Positions 25,776-38,472 of a DNA stretch of 42,353 nucleotides are shown here, piece by piece. The DNA lies in contig JAQGDQ010001408.1 in assembly GCA_030141605.1 (NCBI GenBank), positions 1 through 42,353 of the forward strand, given 5' to 3'. A program made the position numbers and the translations under genes. Each line of letters begins with the position of its first letter. The first letter of the stretch is position 1. Origin of the DNA: Tubiluchus corallicola. Its lineage: Eukaryota > Animalia > Priapulida. Under the pieces are notes generated by a model. That model was not told the origin of the DNA and made no database searches. It saw nothing but the letters and a program-made list of their open reading frames with translations.

Positions 25776-26335
25776 AAAGATTTCGATATTTATAAACGAA
25801 CTGAAAGTCATGTATCTTAACCTCACATTTATGGTAAATTATTTCATTTTATCCTAATAACCTGAAGGCATTATTCTTTTAATTTTATTGATTAGCCTCA
25901 TGACCATGATGTGTGTAGATTCGACGTTATCGTCAATGACAACATCTGGTATTTGTGAGCTTATTCTGCTGAGGAGCGAGATCACTGGGTTCAAACCTTG
26001 CAGTCTTGTAACCATGGCAACAGTCTCCGTCGTCATGGTTCATTGAAATCTCTTGGGTCTGTAGGATCATCAGCCAGTTTGACTTCTTTCAAGGTAAGTG
26101 GCAATAGTTGTAAGTTTTTTTACGTTTATTGTACCACGGCACATGTCAGAAGCATGAAGGTCTGCTGTGTTGTAAATTTTATCAGTCTCTTACAAAATAC
26201 GTGTAGCAACCAAAAACTTCAGATTATAAAGTTTTGATCAATATTTACTAAGTACTAACATATTATAATAAGACTTTCAGTGCCATTGATTTTTTTTAGT
26301 TTTTTGCACATCATCAAGCTATCTATCTTTCTTAA

Positions 26336-27055
26336 AAGACAAGGAAAGGGGTGCCAGAAGTAGGTTTCAGAAAAATCGCCTTAAAAAATTATGTTACTTT
26401 ACAGCAATTTTATGTGTATATCTTATTCACATTGAAAGGAATTTTGTTTGTTTTCATTTTAAATCTCCCTCAATACTGTTCCGACGGCACCATTACATGA
26501 CGTCACATAAGCAAACGTAAATTAGTGGAAGAAAGGGCAATGTTAAATTATGTCCCAAAAAATCTTTCTGTGCAAATCTATATTACTTAGCATTTTGTTT
26601 ACCTGCTGGAAAGACTTCTAACTAGACTAAGACATGACATAGACAAGACAAGACTTCTAACTAGACATGTAACTAGACTAATAATTTAAAATGTCTGTGC
26701 TAATTGGTAAAATGTCGCTGGCTCCTCCAGGATGCACCACTCACTAGCCAAAAACGCATTTTTAATCTTATTGACAAGATACAGTAATTTGAAATTTTAT
26801 TTAGTTAGCAACATGTGTGCTACGAATGCTCTGATTATTTTTTCAAAACTTCACTTAATGTTATCTAAACTTGTTTCAAACGGACCTACCATTAAAATGG
26901 CTGCATCTAGTGGTCATCGTGGGAGTTTAAATTTAGGTCTTTTATACCGCGTTACTGTCGACTTAAGCCCTGCATGCAAAAAGACAGTACGTAAGTGGAA
27001 TAAAATTTCGAGAGGAGTTTTTAAGCTTTATGTAAGTGGAGAGTTTTCTTCTGCT
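26336..27055. mobile_element. Kolobok-like non-autonomous element, copy 1
   Basis: Follows TTAA (26332-26335); collinear with 34088-34745; right end degenerate. Confidence 0.65.
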
Positions 27056-27938
27056 TTTCGGTTAATAAAATTTGTTTCAGTTTTTACTCTGAAACAAGGT
27101 GGACAAGGATTTTAACTTGGCCACAGAATCAAATGTTATTCATGTAACAGTAACAATTAAGTCCTAAAAGTAATCATGCTCCTTTAGAGACATTTTTCCA
27201 TGTTAAGCTTAAAAAGTCTATAGGTCTATACTCTAAAGCCTTAATTTTTGCACTGCTTATGTAAAATACGTATTCTGTAACCGATTAAATCTAAAATGAT
27301 AAAAATTTGTTTCAGAGAGGAAGAGGTCTCAGAGAAAAATTGCATGAAATGGGAACATTCCCTGACATTCTGTGCCAGCAGGTTGACACGCTGCAAAAAT
27401 ATTTTGATACGTGTTGCTATACATGATAAATATTTTGATGCTATGTCTCCGTTCAGTGATAAGTATGTGATTCAGCGAAATAGTATGTAAAAAATAATCT
27501 ACTTCTATAAAAAAATTAACGTTTAAACACTTATATGCATTGAGTGTGGTTATGCCTTTAAACAGCTAAAATCTTTCCGTTAAAGTTCTTTCTAAGTTTG
27601 AAAACTGAATTGCAAATGCCTGTAAAAGGTCTTTTCATAAATTTCTTAGACACTTGAAAACTATTAAATCAAGTTTAAGAACCTTTACCTGCTTTGAGGT
27701 GAACGTTTTTTCATTAAAATTTTATACATTTTAAGGTAAAATGTGTCAAACGCTTTTAAAATCCGTGAAAGTGTTTGTGCATCGGTGAATCTATCTGTGC
27801 TGTCTTGTAAAATTACATGTTCAGTTTGTTGCTCTGTAAAATTCTGTTGTTGCTCGTAGGTATTGCCATCTATGATCTCCAAATGATTGATTACAATTTT
27901 GAAATTCAAATTCCAGGCTTCAATGATAGTAAAGGTAA

Positions 27939-27940
<2 letters not shown>

Positions 27941-27980
<40 letters not shown>
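27941..27980. repeat. (AT)n microsatellite
   Basis: Direct inspection. Confidence 0.95.
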
Positions 27981-27982
<2 letters not shown>

Positions 27983-28437
27983 CTATTATTTAAGAATACT
28001 AATTATTATTACTAATGAACTATTACTATTACTATTATATTAGACGTTATATAATTTTAATAAATTTGCTATTATTAAATTTTACTCAACTAAGATTGAT
28101 GAACTGTAATAAAGAAACAGGTGAAAGTATTTAATATGTTGCTTTACGCCGATCTGACCATTGGTCACCCTTCAATTTAGCAGACGTACTTAATGTAGGT
28201 AATTTCTCATAACTGGAACTTAATTCATCATCAACGATAATCCTGTAAAATGAGCACCGAAGCTCATATGGTCTCCATCCATTTATCAACCAAGACTAGT
28301 GTTGCTTAACTTTAATAGAAGATATGCACTTCCCTTGTCTTGAATTTTATTGTTGATTTTAATGTCTGACTGTTGCTCTCTTCATAGACAATTCAAGTTG
28401 CTTGCAAGAAAACTTGGTGATACATGCTTTACATGCA

Positions 28438-28661
28438 ATAGATTTCCACGGGGAGGCGCTGACGTTCAAGGCTACGGCGAGCGGAATCTTGGAAACACTT
28501 TCCTACTGCATAGATTTCCGCGGGGAGGCGCTGATATTCAAGGCTACGACGAGCGGAATCTTGGAAACACTTTCCTACTGCATAGATTTCCACGGGGAGG
28601 CGCTGATATTCAAGGCTACGACGAGCGGAATCTTGGAAACACTTTCCTACTGCATAGATTT
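28438..28661 (+). repeat. 72-bp in-frame triplication inside a CERT1 exon
   Basis: Units start 28438, 28510, 28582; 8-bp ATAGATTT overlap at 28654. Confidence 0.95.
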
Positions 28662-30078
28662 AATGAACCAAAGAGAAGAACTTTGGAGGAGAAGAGTGGA
28701 GAAGGTGAGATATTATTAACGTACAAAATTTACATGATGTAAAAGTGATTTTTGAAGTTGTTGCTCAGTCACTTTGATATGCTTGAGTTTAGACACACGG
28801 AGAAGTACAGATAAAAACCCAACATGTATAATAAATATTTGAATTTCACACAACTGAAAAGTGTTTTTTGAACTAGAATAGAAAACATGAATGGAAAAAC
28901 TGCAGCACTGAACATTGAGCAAAACTAGAATCTAAAAACAGTGAGTAAAACCTTTTTCACAGCCAGTATACAGGTATTGAACTTGACCTATGCAACTTGC
29001 ACAGGCTTCACAACAACCATTAATTTAAAATAGGGAGAGGACCAGTGTGTATGCATTCACTGGACCATATAATTTGACTGATGGTAAATCAGCTAGTAGA
29101 ATGTAACAAGATTAGCACATAGATGGCAGCACCTAAACTACAATGTACAAGTACCAACTTCCACACACGTTATAAACCCGTGTTAATAGCTGTGTTAGAA
29201 TAAATCATTGTTAATTGAAGGCATATCTTTGTTAGGAAATAATGTATTTGCACAGATATACAAATACCGAGAGCAAAAATCAATAATGTTTGGCTATATC
29301 ATATGCAAGGTTTATTGCTCGTTTTTAACCTAATATTTTTTCTGAAGTGTAAATACCAATTATTTAATAATTATAATGTCAGGATCAAGATTATTATTAC
29401 TTCCTCGCTATGATATAAGCTTTCAATACGAATATTCAATTTATTTTACTATAAACTTGCTGTAAAATTTGTTTCATTCAATTTTTTGTCACTTCATTGT
29501 TAGCTGTATTAAATTTAGAGAACCGCCATTTTTCGTTGCCCAAGACGAATGGCGTTATGAGTGCAGACACAAGGTCACCAAAGATCGGTAACCAAGGACG
29601 ATTTCTGTACCTCATACATCATTCTCGCTCACGAGCGCAAAAGATGCGAAACATGGCGATCTTTACAGCAGTGTACACATTAGAAATTATGCAGAAAAGG
29701 GTAAGTTATTTAATTTATAACTCCATTTTGTGTAGAAATGATTGTGATTTTTTTGTGTAATCATAATATTGAGTTAAAAATCTTCAGTATCTGTTCGGGT
29801 TACAGATCTTTAATGATCTTACAATTGATTAAGTTTTGATACCAAACTCCAAAGATAGGAAATGTAAAAAAGTTGGAATGCTGCTGGATTAGAACCATCA
29901 GTTTACATTGCAGACATCTTAAACCACTAGTCCACAGCATACCCAGTGGTCAAGACCGTCCAAAGTTTATCCCGTATAGGTCAACCAAATTCAGCATTTC
30001 GATTTTGAGATCTCTCATGGAAATGTTGAATTTGGTTATCAGCTATAAAGGATGATATTTGTACTGCCTTGTCCACTG

Positions 30079-30180
30079 GGAGTACAACAGCCAAGTGGTT
30101 TAAGTCATCTACAATGTAAGCAGAAGGCTCCTGGTTCAATTCCACGTGTATCAGAACTTCTTCATATTTGCTGCATTTCA
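30079..30180 (+). mobile_element. tRNA-derived SINE head fragment
   Basis: A-box-like CAGCCAAGTGG (30088-30098) and B-box GGTTCAATTCC (30133-30143); no good cloverleaf. Confidence 0.5.
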
Positions 30181-30379
30181 ATTTTAATTAATTTTGGGTT
30201 TTTACCATCAACAACTGTTTGCTACAATAGTATACAGTGGCTAAACAATTTGCGTCCAATCACAGGTTATTTTGCAACCATTTCTTTTAAGTTTTCGGAT
30301 TGGCTTTCAGTATTTTGGAGTTTCTTTTCCTCTTTACTGCAGGCGCTTCTGCTGTTTTGCATAATATTTCAATAATAGC

Positions 30380-31714
30380 TGAACTTTCTTGACTTTTGTT
30401 AACGTCTGTAAGTGCAGTGATTTGTTGAACTTTCTTGACTTTTGTTAACGTCTGTAAGTGCAGTGATTTGTTGAACTTTCTTGACTTTTGTTAACGTCTG
30501 TAAGTGCAGTGATTTGTTGAACTTTCTTGACTTTTGTTAACGCCTGTAAGTGCAGTGATTTGTTGAACTTTCTTGACTTTTGTTAACGTCTGTAAGTGTA
30601 GTGATTTGTTGAACTTTCTTGACTTTTGTTAACGTCTGTAAGTGCAGTGATTTGTTGAACTTTCTTGACTTTTGTTAACGTCTGTAAGTGCAGTGATTTG
30701 TTGAACTTTCTTGACTTTTGTTAACGTCTGTAAGTGCAGTGATTTGTTGAACTTTCTTGACTTTTGTTAACGTCTGTAAGTGCAGTGATTTGTTGAACTT
30801 TCTTGACTTTTGTTAACGTCTGTAAGTGCAGTGATTTGTTGAACTTTCTTGACTTTTGTTAACGTCTGTAAGTGCAGTGATTTGTTGAACTTTCTTGACT
30901 TTTGTTAACGTCTGTAAGTGCAGTGATTTGTTGAACTTTCTTGACTTTTGTTAACGTCTGTAAGTGCAGTGATTTGTTGAACTTTCTTGACTTTTGTTAA
31001 CGTCTGTAAGTGCAGTGATTTGTTGAACTTTCTTGACTTTTGTTAACGTCTGTAAGTGCAGTGATTTGTTGAACTTTCTTGACTTTTGTTAACGTCTGTA
31101 AGTGCAGTGATTTGTTGAACTTTCTTGACTTTTGTTAACGTCTGTAAGTGCAGTGATTTGTTGAACTTTCTTGACTTTTGTTAACGTCTGTAAGTGCAGT
31201 GATTTGTTGAACTTTCTTGACTTTTGTTAACGTCTGTAAGTGCAGTGATTTGTTGAACTTTCTTGACTTTTGTTAACGTCTGTAAGTGCAGTGATTTGTT
31301 GAACTTTCTTGACTTTTGTTAACGTCTGTAAGTGCAGTGATTTGTTGAACTTTCTTGACTTTTGTTAACGTCTGTAAGTGCAGTGATTTGTTGAACTTTC
31401 TTGACTTTTGTTAACGTCTGTAAGTGCAGTGATTTGTTGAACTTTCTTGACTTTTGTTAACGTCTGTAAGTGCAGTGATTTGTTGAACTTTCTTGACTTT
31501 TGTTAACGTCTGTAAGTGCAGTGATTTGTTGAACTTTCTTGACTTTTGTTAACGTCTGTAAGTGCAGTGATTTGTTGAACTTTCTTGACTTTTGTTAACG
31601 TCTGTAAGTGCAGTGATTTGTTGAACTTTCTTGACTTTTGTTAACGTCAGTAAGTGCAGTGATTTGTTGAACTTTCTTGACTTTTGTTAACGTCTGTAAG
31701 TGCAGTGATTTGTT
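30380..31714. repeat. Minisatellite, 46-bp unit x29, nearly invariant
   Basis: Unit TGAACTTTCTTGACTTTTGTTAACGTCTGTAAGTGCAGTGATTTGT. Confidence 0.97.
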
Positions 31715-32877
31715 ACAATTAGGAAATGAAAAAACGGCACAAAGTGAAAGACTTGTATAAACATGCTTTGGAGAACCTGACGACCTAGAAAAGAAGCCAC
31801 CCATCATATTTGGTGGTCCAGACTATGAGGTTAGTTTTCACTTTCTGTAGTTGAACCATTCCTTGCTATATCTCTTGTCACTTTTACATGTCGATATCTA
31901 GACTTTTAGATATCTCTTTCAGTAGATGTAGAACAATAGCAGCTTGTAGTTAAAATTACTGGGGTTGCTGCTTCAGAAAATTCTTAGCCATTGTTTTAAT
32001 ACTGTGTAAAACGTAACAAACGTGTAAATTTAATGTTGTAGGTATATTTGAAAATCAGGTGTTGAACGGTTTCTTTTCTTAACTGCAACTTTCTCATGAA
32101 GAGGCAACTGTGAAAAATTAAGTTGTTGTAGTTCACTTACAGTCACAGAACTTATTTTTTGTGGATGCAAGGCGTCCATTATTAAATAATTTATGTTTTA
32201 AGCACACACGCTGAGTTTACATTTTATCAGATCCAAGAATATGATGGTGGACGGTAAACCCATGGCAATTGTTACTGTGTTAGGGACAGTTCTTTCTCTA
32301 CCTGGCAGCAGACGCAAGCGTGCAGCCTGTTATTTCAGACATGTGCACACGGGCCGCATGCGCACAACAGCCAAAAACCATGTTGCTTGGGCTGTGAAGC
32401 TAATTGTGCTTCCCTCATGTGCTCCAGTTCCGCATAAGTATAAAGAAAAAACTAAAGAAAAAAGACTTATTATATTGAATATAATTGATAATAATGAATG
32501 AAAACAGAGGTGCTGTAGTTTCTCAGTACCTATACACGAGCCGCCACTGAAACTAACCTGAACGCTGATGAAGTGTTAATAGTTTCATAAACGTGCTATT
32601 TTAGAAATTTTCCCAGCCTTTGCTAATTTGCCTGTAGAAAATACATTTGTTTTTTGTCCTAGATGTCACCTTTGCATGCAAATGCTTTCACAGGCCATTG
32701 TACGATTGTAAATACTGTTTTTTCGACTCTTTTATTGACGATTATGATCGATTGTTTAGTTTGGGTTTCTGTGGTAATCTATAACTTACTTGTGTAAACT
32801 GTAAATCAGTTTTGTAACGCAGTAACATTCTTTTTTCTACTAAATAAGGCACAATATGCTTTTAGCCTGAAAACAGT

Positions 32878-33261
32878 AAGCCTTTTCACAGTTTGGTTGT
32901 GCGCACGCACAGTCGCTGTAGATCAAAGGTTAAGCCTACCACAGCAACGCGTCTTAACTACAACAGTGACATTTTGGCTAAGCAAAGCTGTGTGCCGCAT
33001 CAGTTCAGTAACTTTGGTTGTTTTACCTGAACTTCACTTAATTATGCATTAGTCGGTGCACAGGGTGATTTACTAGCAGGTTCTTGCTTGAGAACAAGAA
33101 AAAAAGAACTAGCTAATGTACTAGCTAGCTGTTAAAACAGTTACTATGACAATGGTATGAACTGCGAAGCGTTGTCAAGTGTACACAAATACGTTGTCTG
33201 GTACATTTAACCTTTGACCGTTTCACGACCGTCATCAATCGCTGGAACTGTGAAAAGTCTT
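32878..33261. mobile_element. MITE, copy 2
   Basis: 16-bp TIRs AAGCCTTTTCACAGTT / AACTGTGAAAAGTCTT (1 mismatch). Confidence 0.8.
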
Positions 33262-34087
33262 GTTGGAAAGCCATAAATAAAACACGATATTCTTTTAGCC
33301 TGAGAACAATTGGGAAGCCAATTTATCACAGATCGAGTTCCTGATAGACGGCGACACTGCTGCGTTGGCTGTTAACAACCCGTCCAATCCGTGTGGATCT
33401 GTGTTCAGGAAAGAACATATACTTGACATACTCAGCGTTTGCGAGAAACTCTACGTTCCAGTTATAGCCGAGGAGATATATGCTTACTTTGTAAGTTTTT
33501 AATTTTGTGCTAAAAATCAATAATTTCTAGGTCAGCATGTTCACACTGAATATGGCTAGTCAATCTACATTCGTTCACCCAATTTCCTCATTACTTGTTA
33601 TCAATCTCGTTTGCATCTTTACATGATGCAAGAACTAATTGGAAAACAGAGAATTAATGCAAAAATACAGTTTAAAATGCATTGCTTTTCCAATATTTCA
33701 GGCTTTTATACGTGTTGATAAAGTGTGACATTTTTTCCTGTATTCCATATTTTTCCCAGAAGCACGTATGCCATTTGCCAGTCTTTCTGAAAACACACCA
33801 GTGCTGTTCTGCGGTGGTCTCACTAAAAGGTATTTAATCTTCCTACGCATCACTAAAAAACATTATGACACGTTCAAAGCAATAAATTTTGGAAGTTTTT
33901 ACATTTGCTGATGATGATAAGTCTGGTAGCAGATTTTTGTCGTCATTTGTGCGATGTTAAACGTTGAAATTAAGCGAGAGTAAAATTTAAATTTGCTTTT
34001 CCTGCCCTTTAAAATATGAGACAGTCTATCATACTACTTATGCAGTGCTGGAACACAATAACATTCCAGGCAAAACATTTATATTAA

Positions 34088-34745
34088 AGGACAAGAAAAG
34101 GAGAGCCTGAAATTGCCTTAGCAATGATATTACTTTATGCAATTTTTTCATACTCGCGTTGAAAGGATTTTTTGTTTGTTTTCATTTTAAATCTCCCGCA
34201 GTGCTGTTCCAACGGCGCCATTACATGACGTCATATACGCACGACGTAAATCAGGAAAAAAAGGAAATGTTAAACTATGTCCCGAAAAACTTTAAGTGCA
34301 AAGTTATATTACTTAGCATTTCGCCTACCTTCTTGAAGGGTTTAGGTAACTAGAAAAGAAAACTATAAAATATTTAAAATACTTTCACTAAATGGTAAAA
34401 TGTCGTTGACTCACCCTCCAGGGTGCACCACCCACTAACCAAAAACGTATTTTTAATCTTATTAACAAGATGCAGTAATATAAAATTTTACTTAGTTAGT
34501 GACGTGTGCGCTACGAATGCTGTGATTATTTTTCAAACTTTACACAATGTTATCTAAACTTCTTTCAAATGACCTATGGCCAAAATGGCTGCGCCTAATG
34601 GTCACGCGGGAATTTAAATTGCATGTTTTATACAGCGTTACTGCTGCCGCTAGCACTGTGTGCAAAAAAGCAGTACGTAAGTGGTATAAAATTTCAAGAC
34701 AAATTTTTTATTAAGCTTCATGCAAGTGGGGGGTTTTCTTGTACC
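34088..34745. mobile_element. Kolobok-like non-autonomous element, copy 2
   Basis: TTAA on both sides (34084-34087, 34746-34749); termini AGGACAAGAAAA / TTTTCTTGTACC. Confidence 0.75.
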
Positions 34746-35091
34746 TTAAATCAAAACTTAGGATTATCAAATATAAAATACTCTGCGGTAATGCAAACAA
34801 TGCAGTTCAACTTTTTTTAAATAAATTCGTTAGTGTTAAGAAGGTGTAATTTTTGTGGCAGTTTGTCGTTTTAAATTACACTGCATATGAGGTGACTAAT
34901 GTAGGTGCTCCGGGTTACTTATCACTTTTATATAAGTTAATACTGTAATAGTTGCATGAATTAATTTACAGGTTTTTGATACCAGGTTGGAGATTGGGTT
35001 GGATTGCAATTCATGACAAACATGATGCATTTCATCAGGTAATGTGGCTCACTGGCATTCACATTTTTCAGTTTTTTCTGACTTCTGTAAT

Positions 35092-35393
35092 TGTAACTGC
35101 TTTGCAGTCCTTTGACTCATGTTGACTGATGTTTATTCGGAGTTACGTTCACTGGTGGTCGAGGATACAAAGCAGAACTTATTGGATAACGAACAAAACG
35201 TTTATTGTGGCACTCAAAAAAATTTCACAGGAAGGAATTAAAACTTAATAACATTGTCCGTCTCGGCGTCCCCGACCTGCTGTCTTAAACCACAATGAAT
35301 CACAATCTGCAATGCGCATGCACAGTTGAAATTTAGAGAAGTTGCATTCTGGCGCCATCTTCTGGGTAGCACACTAAACTCACGGCAGTTACA
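35092..35393 (-). mobile_element. Solo LTR (302 bp, BEL/copia-like by TSD length)
   Basis: Perfect 9-bp inverted termini TGTAACTGC...GCAGTTACA; flanks GTAAT/GAAAT (4 of 5 match); AATAAA on the minus strand at ~35201. Confidence 0.65.
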
Positions 35394-35715
35394 GAAATCT
35401 TTTTAAAAACAAGCACTGCGGTTTTCGTATGTCACTCAGCTGAAATATTCACCAATTGGTGCAGTTCTTCAGCACAATTTTTCTTTACGGTCCATCAAAA
35501 GGGCCAGCGAGCTTATGTTCTATCTTATAGTTCGATTTTCGATAATTCGATTACAATAGAACTTTTATTTGCAGCATAATGCAGACATTTGCTATGAGGC
35601 ACTGAGTAAGATTCCCGGACTGCAACCTATAATGCCACAGGGCGCTATGTACATGATGGTAAGTCTGTTTTCCCTAGTCTCTAATGCCTAGTACGTATTT
35701 ACAAGTAATAAGCTC

Positions 35716-35746
35716 TACGCTTGAATGAAACCTGTTGGAGCTCTGT

Positions 35747-35779
<33 letters not shown>

Positions 35780-35912
35780 CCAACCCTATGAATTTATTGC
35801 ATGACAATAATACGAAATAAATCGTACATATATATAGTGTGTGTGTGTGTGTGCGCGCGCACGCGCTCGCGTGTGTGTTTTACAGAACTCCAACAGGTTT
35901 CATTCAAGCGTA
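35716..35912. repeat. Inverted repeat with (CA)n/(TG)n inner arms and a ~60-bp spacer
   Basis: TACGCTTGAATGAAACCTGTTGGAG(C/T)TCTGTAAAACACACAC and its reverse complement. Confidence 0.9.
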
Positions 35913-35932
35913 AAACTATTTGTATATATGCA

Positions 35933-36530
35933 TAATAATCTTTATTTGCCATAAAAAATCGATATTCATAACTATAAAATCATAAAAGAACATCGCAGCA
36001 TGAGAATAAAATTCACACAACTGTTAAAGGCAAATTCGTCCAGTGCAAACTAAAAACTACTGTGCCAAAAATTTAAAACAAAATATACATTATAATGTTA
36101 CACGCAAATTATAATAGACTATATACTATATATACATACAATTTAAAATGGACGTGGGTAAATAAAATTTGCGGAATATATATTATCATTCATGTATGTA
36201 GGGTTTTCAAAACTATTTAATGTATGTATTTTTAATTTTGATTTGAATTTGTAGAAAGACTTGATATGTTCTAAATTTGATGGCAGGGTATTCCAAAGTT
36301 GAACTCCTTGTTTAGTGATAGAATTGTTGCTGTATTTGTTATTAGTGCGCTTTTGTTTAATATTGTGTGTTCTTGGATTTAATGTTGGCTCCAAGAGGAG
36401 TGGAAGCTTATTTTTGATGAAGGGCGTGTTAATATTGTTGATGTATTTATATAAAAACAGGATTGTGTAGAAGTCTTTATGTGCTTGTAAAATTGGGATT
36501 TTAAATATTGTTCTTAATGTTCTTAATTAA
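35933..36530 (-). mobile_element. 5'-truncated LINE fragment
   Basis: ORF 36143-36394 ..QGVQLWNTLP..SFYKFKSKLK; tail AATAAAGATTATTA on the minus strand. Confidence 0.75.
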
Positions 36531-37929
36531 CATTTCAACAACGAAATTTTTTTAAAATCTGATTGTGATTCTTTTTTACGCAGGTCAGCATAGATATGAT
36601 CAGATTTCCAGAATTTGAAGATGATGTTCAATTCACGGAGGAAATGGTGACAGAGCAGTCTGTGTTTTGTCTTCCTGCTACGGTAAGAATCTTTATTAGG
36701 CCTTACATGATTTAAAATACTCAGTCAACATTGGGTTACAATCTGCAGTTTATTAAATGTAAATATAATTGTAGCTACGACAAATGTGATTATTTAAAAA
36801 TTAAAAGATGTAAAAAAGTTAGAAAGCTTACACGGGTTCAAAACCTGACACTTTCATTTGTTAAAGATGTTTTAAATGACTTTTGGTTAATAGAAAATTA
36901 GCAGTTTAACGATATTCAATAACATTTACGTTTTGAATAATTTGTGATGTGAAATCAAATTGAATATAGCACAAGGTACGTGGCTTACTGGCGCTTTTTT
37001 GTGTAAAGTTGTGAGTTTCTTTAACTACTAATCGACATGATTTTTTGCTATTCATTTACACAACCAACCCTATGAATCTATTGCATGACAATAATTTGAA
37101 ATAAATCTTATATATATATATATATATATCGGTAGATATCGGTATACTCTATCGATATATAGATTATAATTTACATCTATGTATCTATATCTCTCTCTAT
37201 ATAATATATATATAATACCAGTATAATATCCACAAAGACGTGGATGAGCACTTGGTAATATTCTGTGCACCGGAGTGGACACTGTTTTTTTTTTATTTTC
37301 TAGTGTGTAATTATTGCAACTGTTACGTTGCATTTTTTTATACAAATGGGGCACTACAAACTGGAATCCAGCCCTCGATGGCAGAGCCCATTAAATTATA
37401 AAGGCGAATGTAGCGATGGTTGGTGACACCTGAATTTATTCTCACAAAAACAAGAATTAATGATACGACAAACATTTATACATGTTCAAGCTTGCATCAG
37501 TCATCTCCAACAAAAAGACAGAAAACGTAAAGCCTGCCAAGTTAAACTGCTCCGAAGTAATTTTTGATGAACCTATTCATTTAGTAACCGGAAATAGCGT
37601 TATTTAACTTCAGTCGTCCCTTTTAACGGACATAATCATTGGTGACATCTGTCAGTTATTCTCCTTCCCTCTGGCATTTCGTTCTGTGTTTGACAGATCC
37701 GTTGATATTTTCAGTCCTTGTCAATCATCCATTAACGTCGATCGCTTTGTATATATGTATATAAACAGCCTTCAGATTGGTCAGGGACCTCAACAAGCAT
37801 TACAATTACATAGATATTCTGATAACAGATGGTAGGACTAAATTTTTGTGTATGACTATAACTATTTAAAATAATAGATCAAAGTTTAAAAACAATAAGG
37901 ACATCCAAGAGCTTATTCCTTTTTGGAAA

Positions 37930-38472
37930 ATATTAAAAGATTTTTGAACCAATGCATGTTGTATTAATGTATTTTGGAATGACATAAATGATGAATTAAA
38001 AACTGTTCAGCCAAATCAAAAATTTAGAAAAAAATACAGAGCAATGATTCTCAACAAGTACAACACTTCCTAATTTCCCAAACCTACTACAGCAATCATA
38101 CTACAATCCTGGTACAGATTATGCAAAACAATGCATCATTGATAAATCTTTAGAGCTGATGTCAACATAGCACAGTCTATTGTCTTTCTTCCTACCATTT
38201 CCACTAGCACATCTTTCTACCCTTCCTGTGTGATCTAACCTTTCTCCCAGTTCTTTTTTTGTTCACTCATCCATTCTTTTTTTATGAGGTTCACATGACA
38301 GTGGGTTTATACAAGCCTTTGCTTCTCTAGCCCACTGCAGTACAATTATTCTTTTATGATAACGATAGTGTATGAAACATAATAATTTATTACAGTATGA
38401 TGTAATAATTTTGATGTCACTGTTTGCTTAATGTCATTATATTGTACTGAATGTGATAATAATAAACTAAAC
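37930..38472 (+). mobile_element. 5'-truncated LINE fragment
   Basis: FWNDINDELK....KFRKKYR.MILNKY* followed by a 3' UTR shared with 25596-25775. Confidence 0.7.

Larger units (their letters stand above)
25896..31829 (+). pseudogene. CERT1: Partial ceramide transfer protein gene (end of PH domain to just before FFAT)
   Basis: Exons 25896-26093 (PHDHDVCRFDVIVNDNIWYL*..SLRRHGS..SFK), 27316-27462 ([25 protein letters not shown]), 28388-28704 ([24 protein letters not shown]), 31723-31829 (..FGGPDYE), and possibly 27860-27934. TGA at 25956-25958 and frameshifts in two exons. Confidence 0.9.
32663..36682 (+). pseudogene. TAT: Partial tyrosine aminotransferase gene
   Basis: Exons 33299-33490 ([26 protein letters not shown]), 33749-33829 (..CGGLTK; acceptor mutated, 2-nt deletion), 34972-35038 (RFLIPGWRLGWIAIHD), 35575-35658 ([15 protein letters not shown]), 36584-36682 (..[21 protein letters not shown]), plus a remnant at 32663-32707. 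One internal exon and the terminal exons are not seen. Confidence 0.9.

Noticed and set aside
25956-25958. In-frame TGA in CERT1 as selenocysteine or readthrough
   Set aside because: It aligns to a conserved Arg (CGA to TGA, CpG decay) and the gene has other frameshifts.
30079-30155. tRNA gene
   Set aside because: A and B boxes are present but acceptor and anticodon stems do not pair.
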